NCBI RefSeq assembly: GCF_009914755.1 | Contig: NC_060935.1 | Reading direction: 5' to 3' (one strand) | Origin: the human T2T-CHM13v2.0 reference genome, Homo sapiens | DNA: 64,000 bases | In this document: positions 25,597 through 39,096 of the stretch, one piece after another | Numbering within the stretch: position 1 is the stretch's first letter | Layout of the letters: each line of letters opens with the position of its first letter | The notes under the pieces: generated by a model | Database searches by the model: none | Told to the model about the DNA's origin: nothing | What the model saw: the letters and a program-made list of their open reading frames with translations, nothing else | Made by a program: the position numbers and the translations under genes

Positions 25597-28500
25597 GAAC
25601 TAAGTCTTTTTAAGTGTTAAATATAGAAAAGCTTTTCTAGGCAGACATGGTATTGTTCATAGACTTGACTAAATCTGGTTAGAAGTAAACAGTTAACATG
25701 CCTTTTTATAAGCATTACATAAGACATCAGTTTCTGAAACAATACTAATTGGTGTGAATTCTCTCAGATGGGTTTCCGTGGTGGTCGATGCCCATGTAAG
25801 GCGTCTTTTCTTCTTTTGGATGGAAAATACTTGTTCAGCTACAAAAACTCTCATTAAGTATGTGCAAGACACCTTGATGTGTGTATTCATATATATGTTA
25901 TCTCATTTAGTTCCCACCATAATCTTGAGAAGTTGATGCCATTATTCTATTTCACAAGTAAATTTTAAGTAAGACGTAGTTGAATCTGATTTAACTCAAC
26001 TAGTGGAACTGCTTTTAGTTTTTTCCCTCCCTTTCCTCCTTTTCTTTGTCCTCCTCCTTTTCCTTCTCTTTTTATTTCCTCCTCCTCTCTTGGCTGTTTA
26101 TCATTTAACTCTCTCCCTCACACATTGTATTCTAACTAGAAACTAAAGAGAAAATAGAAAGGGAAGAGAGCATACAATGATAACCTAGAATTTTTTTAAA
26201 AATTGCTCACATATTTAATAAATAGACTAAAGTCATTCTGAAACTATACAATATGTTTTGCTTAATAGTTTGGCATTTGAGTTTAAATGGACAAAATGCT
26301 TGCAAACAGTTTCAAGTCAGATTTGCATTACCTGACATGAAGGTTAGGCTTATCAGCAGCAGAGTGTTTATCTGCTTTCCCAGTCCTGCATTAATGCCAA
26401 AACAGAAAGTGAGCTTTCACTAGGCAGTTGTCAATATGCAGCTGACAGACTATGTCTTCTCTCTTATCTGTCATTAGCTCTGGATAGGATGTGGTGATCT
26501 TTGAAAGCATTCTTGTCTTAATGACTGATAATATTAACATTTATTTATAAAACATACAGTGAGTGTGAATTCTGTGTCTGGGCACCAAAAGAGCAAAAAT
26601 AAATAAGACAAGTCCCCAGGGATTTCACCATTTAGTGTTGGGGAAAGATTTTAACAAATTCTTCCAACCCAACGGAACATTTACAAAATGGTATTATCTC
26701 GCGTGAAAGAGGCTTGAAAAGAATTACCCAAAATACAGAGCTATGTGTAAAGCATATGCATTAGTTAGGATTCCTTTGGTTGCAAGTAATAGAAATCCAC
26801 TGGCAAACTGGCTATGTAACTTGCAGAACCCAGAGAAAAATGCAAGCATGGGCTCCTAGTTCGAAAAGCAGGAAAAACTTGCAAATTAAAGATACTGAAA
26901 TACAAAGCTTTGAAATTTTCCCATGATCTCTCTCTTCTCCTGTCGTGGAGTTTTGTAGTTGCTATTTAATGTTGCTTCTTTAGGCTTGGGGATATTTTTG
27001 GGGTGAATGTTAACCCTATAGGAGCTTCAGGCCCATCTTGCCACTTGGTATATTCATGTGGCCCACCAACTTTGGGGTTTCTCACTCCCTGACCAGTGCA
27101 CCATGATTGGGCGTGGGACAGGGAAGTTGAATCAAGTATCTCCCCTTCTCTCAAGATATCTTCAAACCAACTTTAACGTTGACTGCCTTTCAAAGAAAAT
27201 CACTACAGTAAAATTCAGGTCACTGTAGAAACTCCAGGAACATAGGTGAAATCTTTATTTTAAGGCTCTCCAGAATCCTGTAGTGCTCTGAAACCATTCA
27301 TTATGAGTATGTTTGCATTGAGTGCATGTGCAGACAAGCTGCTTCCTGGAAGTTTCTGTTTGATGAGTTGCTGGATAAACTGTGTACAAGGAAAACACAG
27401 AAAGCCAGAAGCAGAAGGCCAGAGGTTTGATATAGACAGAAAGAGTAATGTGACAGATCATGCTAAAGATGTAAACAATCCTGAATTAAATAAGTCAAAT
27501 AGACATCTCACATGTACAAAGTTGTTTTTCAGAGGCTCACAGGCAATATGAGAGAAAGGGAGAGGGAGAGGGAGAATAGAAAGGTAAGTTATTATAGTAA
27601 GGTATCACCAAGGATAATAAACTTTATAAACTACTGGGCTGTGAATCGGAGAAGATGAAATTTGGGGAGTTTGAAGAAGCAAGTGGAATAGGAAGCCTTT
27701 GGCAAAAGTACTTACAGCACTCTAGACATAGTTTTGAAACATGGTTAATGTAATGAGGAAGAATTCAGGAAGGTGCCAATCTAAAAGTCTGCCCTTAGGT
27801 GCCTTTATTTAGACAAAATATTGGAAAGAATGATGAGGGGCAAGACTGTCTGATATCAGGGGATGGTTTGGCTCAATTAGGGCCAGGTCCATCTGTAAAA
27901 ACACATTCATATTGAAAAACGGGAGGATTGTAAGCATATTTCTAAGAGTGCTCCTCTGGTTATAGAGCAATTTCATAACAGTTTAAGAAAGGATTTGAGA
28001 CTGTACCCCACATAGGATTGATTTATAAAGTCAGAAAACAGGTAGATTAGAGGTGGCTTAGGGTCGGACTCAATCAATCAGAAGAATCTTTGCAGCAAGT
28101 GTGGACTATGCTCATTATAATTAGAGCCAGTTAAAATTTCCCACCTATAGAGACTGATGGAGCGGGGAGGTATATCTTTGGTAGTGTTTAAGCTTCTCTT
28201 AAGGGTCATATTGAAATAACTGGACCAGGTGATGTTACTATATAAGAAATTTGACTTTCGAATTTCTTTAGAACTATTAGATGATTTGACCATAAATCAT
28301 AAGCGTAAAGACAAGATTGATGTGAACATGGATGACAAAAATCCCTTTTAATTAAGTTTAAGGAGTTATCACAAAGTGCTCTTAACACAGGGATACAAAT
28401 TTTTAACATACAATGGTAAGAATTAGTTTGTCAAGAGTATGCAGAGCCTTAATGTCATGCTTAAATGGACATAGACTGAAGGAGTGGGCTACAGAATAAT

Positions 28501-30344
28501 GGAAAAACATACAATTTTTTTTCTCTTAATCTATTTTCTTTTGAATGAAGTCTAAACTTATTAGCAAGGCACTCAAGGCCCTGTGACATGTAGTCCCATA
28601 TGAATAGTTTGAACCTCATCTCTTATGATATCATCTTTCCCCATTACCTTGCCAGTCACACCTGAGAGTTAACTAATCATTCTCCCAACAGACCAGGCCA
28701 GATGGATGATTTCATGGGCCCTTTCCCTCTCCTTGGGATCATTTATTATACTGGAGTGCTTAATTCTATCCTCTCTTCTTCCAACTGAAATCCTATTCAT
28801 CCCTCACAGTCCAGCTCAAATCCCATTTTTCCTTGATCTTCTGAGTCAGAATAAATTGTTTGTCCTCTGAATTTTGCTTGTAGTATTCAATGTATTATGT
28901 CTTGTTAAACTTAGCTGTTTATATTTCAGCCTTTACCACACAAAACCTTGTGCATAATGGATGCTCAGTAAATACATAGATGCAAAATGAGAATTGACCA
29001 GTTGATTTAATGCAAATCAACCTGCTCTTGTAGCTTGGTGTATTAATTACTGCAGAATCTACACCATTATTCTGAAAAATCAAAGACAAATTAAAATTGT
29101 GAAGCAAATTTTTATGTATTACATATTTTAATGTTTTGGAAAATCATCAGTGGACCTGCTATTTAAGTTCAAAGACATTGTCTGTTGCATACAGAAAATT
29201 TATTCTATTTTATGTTTAATGCCTATAGATGCTGAAAGTCCTATAGACACTAAATATAGTTATACCAGAAATGATAAAATCCTTTGGCCTAATTTGAGAG
29301 GCAATAATTAGGCTAAGTCTAGCTTCCTTTTTGCATAATGTCTGTTTGAAAATCTTCTTTATTGACCCTTTTTAGACTCATTCAGTTATTCTGCAATTAT
29401 AATATGAGCTAGGTTTAGAGCTGGGAGGCACTGAACATGCTGGACGGTCAAGACAACATGGGGGACATGACAAGTTACTAAACACACGTTAAGAAATAAA
29501 AGAAGGCCTGCCAGCCACCTGGAAGAAACATACTTTTGCCTATAGTTTGCCATTTGAAGAAAGGCTAGTGTAAACAAAGTTTTACTACATGACTTAGGGA
29601 CTGCAGATTGGCCATTTCACATCCTTCAAATCTGTAAAACATCTACAGGCTGATCTTTACTGATATATTGGCCAAATATTTTATTATAGCTTTTTACCCC
29701 TTTTCCTGAGATCTGTTATGATACAGCCTTCAGCTATTAATGTATTTCTTGTCCATGGGAACCTGGAATTAGTTCCCAGGAGGGCAAGGCACAGGACTAT
29801 GGCTGAGCCACCCCACTCATTCTCCAGAACATTCAAATTGGGCAACTACCTGTACCTTGAGACTGTAGGATCTGCAATAATGTTATCAAGGTAGAAAGAA
29901 ACAACATACATTTTCTGTAATTCTTCTTGTTACTTAGTTCTGTATAGTACCCCGGGCATTTAATTTTCTGATTAAATCTCTTTGGGATGATCAACATTCC
30001 AAGATATTCAAGGCTCTTTACAAAAGGACTCTAAAACATGGTTCTAGATTTATTTTCAAGTATCCCTTTTCCACAAAACTGAATGAGTCTTTCTTTCTTA
30101 CATGTGCCTCTTCTCTTTAGTTTTATAATTCGATCTTTTTTTCTCTTGTTAGAATGCCCACGTGTAATATCATTAAATATTTTTTACTTGCCAGAATGAA
30201 TTTATAAATCAAGGCAGTCATCATAGAAGTTATTGAACAAATATTGATTGTGTACTTATGATGGGCCAGGCACTATGCTAGGCTCTGGTTATCTAATTGG
30301 AAAAAGACAAAGGTAGTCCAATGATCAGACTATAGTCTGAATGG

Positions 30345-30970
30345 AACTAAACCTCTCTGAAGCATTTAAAATCATCAATCTTTCCTTTGTTCTGTAAACA
30401 TTTTATTTCAGAGATGCTTATATTCTCCTGGGTTTCCTTCTGTCTCAGGTACCTCCTCTGATTATTTGATGGATTCTTCTTTATAGTCAGTAAATGCTGT
30501 ACTGGCTCAACATTTTCTCTCTCTTTTTCTTTGCCTAGGTAATTGTGTCCAAATATAACAGCTTTAAATACCATCTATATGCTAATGACTACTAAATTTA
30601 TATCTTCAGTCCCAACCTCTTCCCTGATTTCTCCAGAGTTATATAATCAATCACGTACTTGAAATGTCCACTTGGATCCCTTACAGGTATCTCAAACCTA
30701 GCACAACCAAACAGGATCCTTGATTCCTTCTTCACATAGTAGACTTCTCATTTCTACTTCTTGCCCATCTTAAACAATGGGATTACCATTGACCAGGTTG
30801 CTCAGATAAAACAATCTTAAGTATTTTCTTTGATTTCTCTCTCTCAGATTTGTCATCAACACATCAACAAGTCTATCATGTTTCCCTTCAGAATATCACA
30901 AATACAACTATTTCTTTTCATTTCCATAACTTTGCTTTAGTTTAACCCATGATCATCTCTCCATGGAATA
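30345..30970 (+). mobile_element. L2 fragment
   Basis: ctttaaataccatctatatgctaatgact...tccacttggat...tctcaaac L2 ORF2-derived motifs. Confidence 0.75.
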
Positions 30971-31429
30971 TTGCCCTAAAAAAAAGTAGATGTAGAATTT
31001 TGGAGGCTGTGGATTTGATGGTGCAAAGATGAGATATTATAATATGATAACTTCTAATTTCTCAATAAAATATTAAATGCAGTCATATATTGAAGAATGA
31101 TGTTAGGACTGATGCTGAAATCACTGAGAAGGATGACCAGAGAAGAGACACTTTAATAAATGAGAGGTCGTAGTGGAGAGGCACAGGTTGGGGGATGTGG
31201 CAAAATGAGCTTCAAAGGAGAAAGGGGCTTTGCTGGAGAAAAGGGAAGTAGTCTTGAAATGAAAATGGGAAACAAAAAGTATTCACCCTCTTTTTCTGAG
31301 GTTCAAAGAATTATAAAGAAAAATATGGCCTCTGCTGAGTGGGTGGCAGAAGACCCAATTCTTAACTAAGATGGAAAACTGAAGAGGCTGTTGTAAGAGT
31401 TGTTGCTGATAGAGAATTCTATTATAACC

Positions 31430-31750
31430 ATTAGGTGCATGGGCTTTGGAGGAAGACACATTGGGTTCAAATTTTGATATTTCTGTTTACTAGCTATGTG
31501 ACTTCAGCAAGTGACTAAATTGTTGAAAAATTCAATTTTCTTCACCTGTGAAAGGTGATTGTAAAAGAACATACCTCAACACATAAGCTTATTTCTCTAA
31601 ACCTTAGTTTCTTTATCTTTAAAGGAGAACCATAAGGGTAGTTACTTCACGTGACTGTAAAAATTAAATGAGATAATACACTTATGATACTTAGGTTAGT
31701 GTTTGGAACACAGTAGTTGCTCAGTAGACATTAGCAATTGTCAATATTAT
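31430..31750 (+). mobile_element. MIR (probably two adjacent pieces)
   Basis: gggctttggag..gggttcaaat..tactagctatgtgac; ccttagtttctttatctttaaa..ttaaatgagataat. Confidence 0.7.
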
Positions 31751-34700
31751 TATTAGCACGATGAAAAATCCACTGAAATTTTTCTCCTTACCATCTTCCC
31801 TGATATCATTACATCTCTCTTAGAACCTATGGTGTTTCTTGCTCTGTGGTACTTCATAAACATTATGTATATAATACACACCTATTTATGCATATGATAG
31901 TCATTTTGTGTCCTTATTTAATGCACTCATTGCCTTTTTAACATATGTTGTATACATTACTATATTTCCCATCATACCTATAACAGGGATGGATCATCTC
32001 ACTATTTGTTGGAAAAAATAAAAATCAATAATTCAAACTTTATGATCCAAGATACTGCCATATACATCTACCCACCCAAGTGTGGCATGTGCTCTTGAGT
32101 AGACATTGTCTTTTCATATGTGTGCTGGCCTAGTTGTGACCAGTGGGAAACATTCGTGAGACTCAGATCAGTATTCTAATATGTAGCCTGAAGCAGCATG
32201 GAATACATTTCTCTGTAGGCCATTTAAGTTTTAGCCATAAATAAACTCAGGATCACTTTGTTCCAGAAAAATGGAATAGTACCCTACCACTGCTTGTTGG
32301 AGGTATGAGGTATCATTACTTTTTTCTCCACTTCTACACATTTGACTCAGTAGGGGATAGATATGGGACAGTGTGGGAATCACAGTCCCACATCTATCTT
32401 TGTTCTCTTGAATCAAGTGAACCAAGATAGATGGTTCTTGGCTCTCTGGGACCATCAGACCCCACTGCAGGGCTGGCATCTTCTCACTTCTCAGTTGTAG
32501 GAGAAGGTGGAACAGGTGATGCAGAGACCTATTGAGATATTTGCTCTACTGATAATGTAGAAATGGGAAGTTTTGGGGATCACATATGAGTGTGGGAGGT
32601 CCAAGAAAAGGAATGGCTTGTGCCTTGCTGGAGCCATGGTCTCTGGCAAACATGAACCAATCTTCATCATGCTTGCCACATAGACATTCCTCCTCATAAG
32701 GGCAAAAGCTATTACTTGGGTACAAAAGCAAAGAAATTCAGAGCAATCATTCCTCTACCATTCCCTCCTGAAGTCTGGAGAAGATAAATGATAAGGACTT
32801 TCTCCCATCCTCACTATTCCACCCCCAGAAATGCTACGTATTTTAGATGAACTGTTCATATTGTTTGTAAAAGTAGATTGGCAGTACTGTTAACATGATT
32901 ATTAACTGCAGTGTTAGGCAATGTTAAAATAACTTCAAATTGTTTTGCAAAATCTCTGTCATAAAAATGCTTACCAACAAATACTGATACTAAATTTAGA
33001 TGTGGGGGTATTAGTTATAATCCTGAAGTGGGAGGGGGAACTTCTTAATTCCAATTTAGTTCTAAGAGAAGGAAGAGTATTTAGGCCCAGAGAAGGTTAC
33101 GCTTAAAGGTCTGATAGTGTTTTCTTTGAAAAATATGTCTCAAACTAGAGAATAAAACTAATTATCTCATCTAAGTTACCTAGAGACATTTATGCTCATC
33201 AGTTTGATAAAGGACTGCAAGTAGACACAGAAGCTGTATTTTCAGTCTTGAACCCAGCAATAGTACATTAACAAGATTGGGGCAAGGCAAAGGGACTTTC
33301 GTGGCACAAGATACAATATATGGATTGCGTTCTTTTGGCTTAACAAGGTGCACCTTGACGTAGTCTTGTCCTAGCCTTTAATATTCCTTTCCTTCAAGTG
33401 CCTTTCTAGTGGGGGGGCGGAGGGGGGAGTCTATTGGATGCACTTAAAACACTTTCCATCACTTTCCAAAGTCAGCGCTTACCTTTTAAAGTTTGCAGCC
33501 CAGTAGACAGTAACTACATCCCTAGAGGCTTAAGGGAAACATGTTAAATCAGATCAGCTTGTATCTCAGAGGGAGTGGAAATCTGACACTTAGACAAGTG
33601 CTGATTCTTTTGAGTGCATTTCCAGGTTGCACTTTGCTGAGTTACATAGATGTTTGTTAACCATAATTGTCACATCTGAAATGACCCACAAGATTAGCAA
33701 AGCCGTATACATATATCAGTCAGTTTTATTTTAAAACAGGCTACCAAACATTGACTTTCTCTCAAGCAATCAGAATAAGATTGTTTTCCTTTCCTTAGTA
33801 ACAATTCTCAATGGACCAGGAGACTTTAGGAAACATTGCTGAAATATTTCATTGTCAATATGTAGGCTATCTACTGGATTATGATCTGTTTTGGGTAGCA
33901 GTTATTTGCAAAATATTCACAGTATTCAACAGCTGGTACTATTATAGAATGGCAGCCAGCTCTAGTTGATATGTCCACATCAGCTCAGGTTATGGGCAGA
34001 GTATTTGCCTTAAATAGAGCCAAAGAACTGTCTCACCTGGTTGGGTGCCATATTGTAAGGCAAGGTTAGCTTAAATAGATCTGTTACCTTTTAATGGCTG
34101 TTATGTTATGTAAACTAGCTTAGGCTTACGCCAAGTACTGTTACTGGGTCTGCTTGGTCCAGATGCTTCAAGAGGCTTCTCTTGACTCAGGTCTTTTTTA
34201 AGGCAACAAAGGATAAATTTAAAAATATTTACAAATAATGTACAAGTGTCAGCATAATTTGGGGGTAGGGCTAACTGTAGTCTTTCTGCCATCAGATATT
34301 GGTGGAATGTTTAACTAGGACTGACCAGTAGAATGTGTGTGGTTCTCACTTGCCTGTTTTCACATTTCTACTTATTTCTACCCCAAACAGAATTATGTGT
34401 TTGTTTTTTTCATTTCAGCCCTATGCATGCCACTCTGTTTGCTTTCTGCAATAAAGTTAGATATGCTTATAGTAGAGTTCATTCAGCTGTGTTTCATCTT
34501 TAAAACACAGCCATCTTCTGGTTCGACTGAATTCGATGTCTGTTTCTATTTTTTTTTTTTTTTTTTGCCTAATTGTGTCATTTACAGCTAGACGTTTACT
34601 TCCAAGGACATGTGTGTTACACCTTGTCCTGTGAGAATAAACCAGTCAAATGACCTATTGTTTCACATTTCCTTGTCTGTGAATAGATATGATGGCATTT

Positions 34701-34789
34701 TCAAATTTTTTTCTCACTCTCAGCTCCTAAGTGAGAAAATGTTTACGGTAAAATGATGAACACATGAGAAACTGCTTGTTAAAGATAAG

Positions 34790-35172
34790 TAAATGATGGT
34801 AGATGCTGTAACAGATAAACTCCAAAACTTCAGTGGGTCCAACACAATATTATTTATTTCTCATTAACAGCTAATGGTGAGAGTGGTTGTGTGTCACAGT
34901 GATTCAGGAATACAGTCACTTTCTATCTTGTGTCTCTAACCTCTTGGTTTTCAGAATCCTTACCACTCCGTCAGAAGATGGGAAAAGAATAAAAGGTCAA
35001 ACACGAGAGGTTTTTAGGGACCATTATGAAAGCAGCACCTATCACTTTTGTCTTGCATTGAATTGGCCAGAACTCAGTCCATGGCCACACCGAACAATAA
35101 AACAGAAGCTATGTGTGCCCAGGAAGCAGGGGAGAACACAGATATTGTTTGGTTCCAGCAGCCTCTGCTACA
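34790..35172 (-). mobile_element. MLT1 (J/K-like) LTR
   Basis: gctgtaacag..aacttcagtgg..aattggccagaactcagtccatggccacac..gcctctgctaca. Confidence 0.65.
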
Positions 35173-36288
35173 CTGCTGTTGTAAATAAAATGCTACATGA
35201 ATAAAATTAGCTGCATTATTGTTTGTAGAAAATAAACCTCATGTATTTCTGAAATGGATTCTGCCTGATACACTGTAAAGATCTCTTGTAGGCCTACACG
35301 TAAAAATTACTGTGAATATCCAGAGTTTAAATAACTCTCTGTTTGAGCAAACTCATCCCTTCCAACCGTGTCATCACCACTTTTCTCTGGCTTCAATCAA
35401 ATTAAAGACAGTTGCTTTTTATCTAAGCCTCTGATGCTGCCAGTTTTAAGGAAAATTGAGAAACTGCTTTATGGGTCACTTGAAGTAGTACAAGGAACTC
35501 AATCATTAAATATCTTTTGAGTGAAACTTCTAGTGACATAATAGAATAACACTCCACCTGAGCTCTGGACCTTTCATAATCCTATTACTTACATAACTGA
35601 TTCCCACTTGTCCATATGACAGTTCCCTTCCTGTTGTTAGTGATCATTTTTCCCCCAACTTGGGAATTTGTCCTTTTTAAACTTGCAACAGAGAATGATA
35701 TGTGAATTCCCTCAGGCTGTGTTTTTCTATCACCCTACTCATTTGAGGATGATGCCATTTTTAATGTGGTATATTCTGAAAGATACTAGGCAGGGATATG
35801 GCAAAAAATTAAGTATTCATATCTATTAACAGTTTATAATTTATTTTAGATTTTTATTAGGAATAATGAACGAATCTAAGGTATACTTCTTGTAGGTAGA
35901 ATATTAAAATTCCATAAAATGAATACTTTGCTTAAATAAGTGCATGTGTAGATGAGGAATTTTTCATATCTTTCTGAAGCATAGGCCGTTTTTGCACATG
36001 TAACTAGATGAGGTAGAAAATGATTTTGACTCAGCCTCCTAGACTGCTTAAAGCTAGGAAACAATCTTTGGGGTCTAGTGGGCAAACTCTGTTTTACAGA
36101 TAAGAAAACTGAGTCTTGGTATCTTCACTTAAGTTACCTCTTTGAAGACTGTATTTGTAGAAGGAAAGCAAATTGTAATGAATTTCTTGGAAGAGGACTC
36201 GCTGTATCTTTACCAAAACAAAGCAAAATGCGCACATGCACATAACACGTGAATGCTATGAGATTAGTAGAAGACGTAAAGGCTCTAG

Positions 36289-36450
36289 AACAGTACTGTT
36301 CAACTGAAAGATAATGTGAACCACATATGTGATTTAAAATTTTTTAGAAGCTGCCATAAGAAAGATACTAGACACAGGTTAGACACATCTCAGTTCAGAC
36401 TAGCGACATTTCAAGTGCTCAGCAGCCACCTGTGGTTAGTGGCTACCATA
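36289..36450. mobile_element. MER3/MER33-type hAT-Charlie fragment
   Basis: acatttcaagtgctcagcagccacctgtggttagtggctaccata. Confidence 0.7.
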
Positions 36451-37209
36451 GCCATTGTAAAACTTTCAGTGTAGGTTTAAATTAATTAAAAAAAAGGCAC
36501 ACTCTTTAATCTGCACCCTTAAGCACACAAAGGGGTGATCTCTGGAGAGGCAGCAGGGCACCCTTAAAATGAAATGGTACTTTCCATTATTTTTTTTGTT
36601 ATGTTGAGCAGCCCAAGTCTGGCTTTTGGTGGGATGCAACATTGTAGCATTTATTAAGCAGACAGGTAGCTGGAATCCATATACCAGAGGTTGAGAATAC
36701 CTCATTCCTTCTACAGCATAACATTTCCTGTCTCTGGATGGAACTTCACCATAAAGTCAGATATTGAATAGAAATGAGTAACATTCATTAAACTTCAAAT
36801 TTTACTAAGATAAGAGAGTAGGAGAAAAAAGAACACAACAAATCTATAGCATTTACTTTCGTTGCATTTTAAGATCAATTTCATATTAAAAACAGTTCAT
36901 GAGAGAGCAGACATAATGATTTTCATAATGATCTGCTCACTGTGCTGATGCTTATTAACTTTAAATAGTGACATGCTCTGCAGGCTCTCTTACAGCCATT
37001 AGACAGAGAAGAGCCCATGCATTCTTGAGGATAGGGAAACATGGCAATTTGTGGATAATTTTCTGACATGCTTAAGCACAGCACTTAGTGGGATCATACT
37101 TGAATGCTGAATGTACAGAGAATAAAATCTCAATGTAGACCAAGATAATTTAGAATTTGGAATAATTTTATAGAAATTGAATTAGCAGTACACATCCCCA
37201 AACATTATA

Positions 37210-38920
37210 AATTTAAGGACTTTTGAATATGACACTCTTGGACTCAAATCCCAACTCTGGCACATGTCTGATCTGGGGCAAAGTCTCCTCACTTCTCTGA
37301 GTTTGCTCTCTTGCCTGAAGAATATTGTCTTCCCATGTTGCCTGTCTCTTCCAGGATAGATACTCTCAAATTCATCTAGCACATAGGTGGAGCCAGAGAG
37401 ATTGTCCGTGTTCTACCTGCAAGCAAGGTGACTGAGTGGTGAAGGTCACGGTTTCTGGAGCTAGACTGCTTGGTTGGAAGTTTGGCTCTTCTACTTAGCT
37501 AGTGTGCCATCTTGGGCTAGTCACTTAACTTCTCTGTGCCTCACTTTTACAACTGGGGATAATAATTGTGTCTATCTCCATGGATTGTTTTTAAGATTAA
37601 ATGGAGTGTACTGCTTAGGGCACATCCTGGCATATAAATTGTTGCCATTAGGTATCTATCTATCTACCTTATGACTCCATGCTTAAGATCCTGCCATGCA
37701 TCCTTCTTACATGTTACATTGAGGATGGAATTAGCACTTCTTAGTGGGATACACAGGCCATTCCTAATTTAGTTCTCACCTGCCTCTGTAGCCTCATTTC
37801 CTTTTCCCCCACACAAAACCTGTATTTTAGTCAAACTAAAACTACTCATAGTTTTCCAAGTCTTCCCTTCTTCCCTGCTGTGAAATAGCTCAGTGGTTAA
37901 ATGCATGAGGCTTTGGAGTCAGTTGCCTGTATTCAAAGCTGGGCTCTAGCTCTTGGCAATTTCTGTGGCCTTGGAAGTTACACAAGCTTCTGTGAACCTG
38001 CTTCCTCAGGTTATAAGAATGAGATGAGAAATAAATAAAGTGCTTGGCACAGTGCTTGTACACAGTAAATTCTTAGCTGTTGTGTCCTCAGTTGGAAGGA
38101 AATATCTTTTCTCTCATTTTTATTTGGCTTTTCCTTGTCGTTCAAAATGAAGTTCAGGTTTTACCTCCTTAAGGCAGTTTGTTTTCACCTCTACTCTGTG
38201 TCCAGAATATCACTCTCTGTCCTGGCATTTATTCACACTGCACTGTACTTGTTAATTTGCTTAATCTGTTTCCCTCACTGGCGTAGGCAGGCGGACAATG
38301 TATCCTTGTCATCTTTGTGTCCCAAAGCTTATCATGTATGGGTTATTTAGTAAATGTTCATTGAGGAAAACATGCAATAAAATAGTTGTGAGGATTAAGT
38401 GAAATTACCTATTTTGACTGCTTGGCACATAGTAGGAACTCAGTAATTACAAAATACCTTTCTCTTAGACTTACCTTTAGGTATTTATGTTATGAAGGGG
38501 AAGGTTTTAAGCTGTGCTAAGAAAATTAAGAGTCAATAAATAAGGATCCTGCTCAATGCACAGGCACTTTAGATTCAGTCTCTGTTTGGATGTGTCTTTG
38601 GGCATCAGAATAGTGACAGCAATCATCTGGTCCACCAGATTCAAATTATTCCATTTAATACAAATTGTTTTTTTTTGACTCAAAGAATGTTGAAATAATA
38701 CAGATATAGTAAAGTATGACCATATACCTGCAAGCCCACCCATATGACAGTAATAACAGCTAATATATATTGAGCGTCTATATGTCAGGCACTGGGCTAA
38801 GAACTTTACAGCATGTATCTCATTTAAATCATACCAGTTTTCTATGAAGAAGGCAGAAGTATTGTCTCCATATTATATGTGAGCAAACTGAGGTGCAGAA
38901 AGGATGTCTGAGGCAATCAG
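37210..38920. mobile_element. Cluster of MIR and L2 fragments
   Basis: Multiple MIR cores (37430-37660 +, 37880-38075 +, 38750-38920 -) interleaved with L2 3' pieces. Confidence 0.65.
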
Positions 38921-39096
38921 CTATGTAGTTTAGGCTAGAGTGGAGGTTAGATGTCAAGAAAAGGTTTATGTAACACTGAAATTGTCATGTGTGTAGATAT
39001 CAGCATTAGCAAGCTTGGAGAATGCCAAAGCTTTCCATGGAATGGAAAGAGCTGTAAAGGATACAGACATTTCGAGCATGGACATGGATCTAATTA

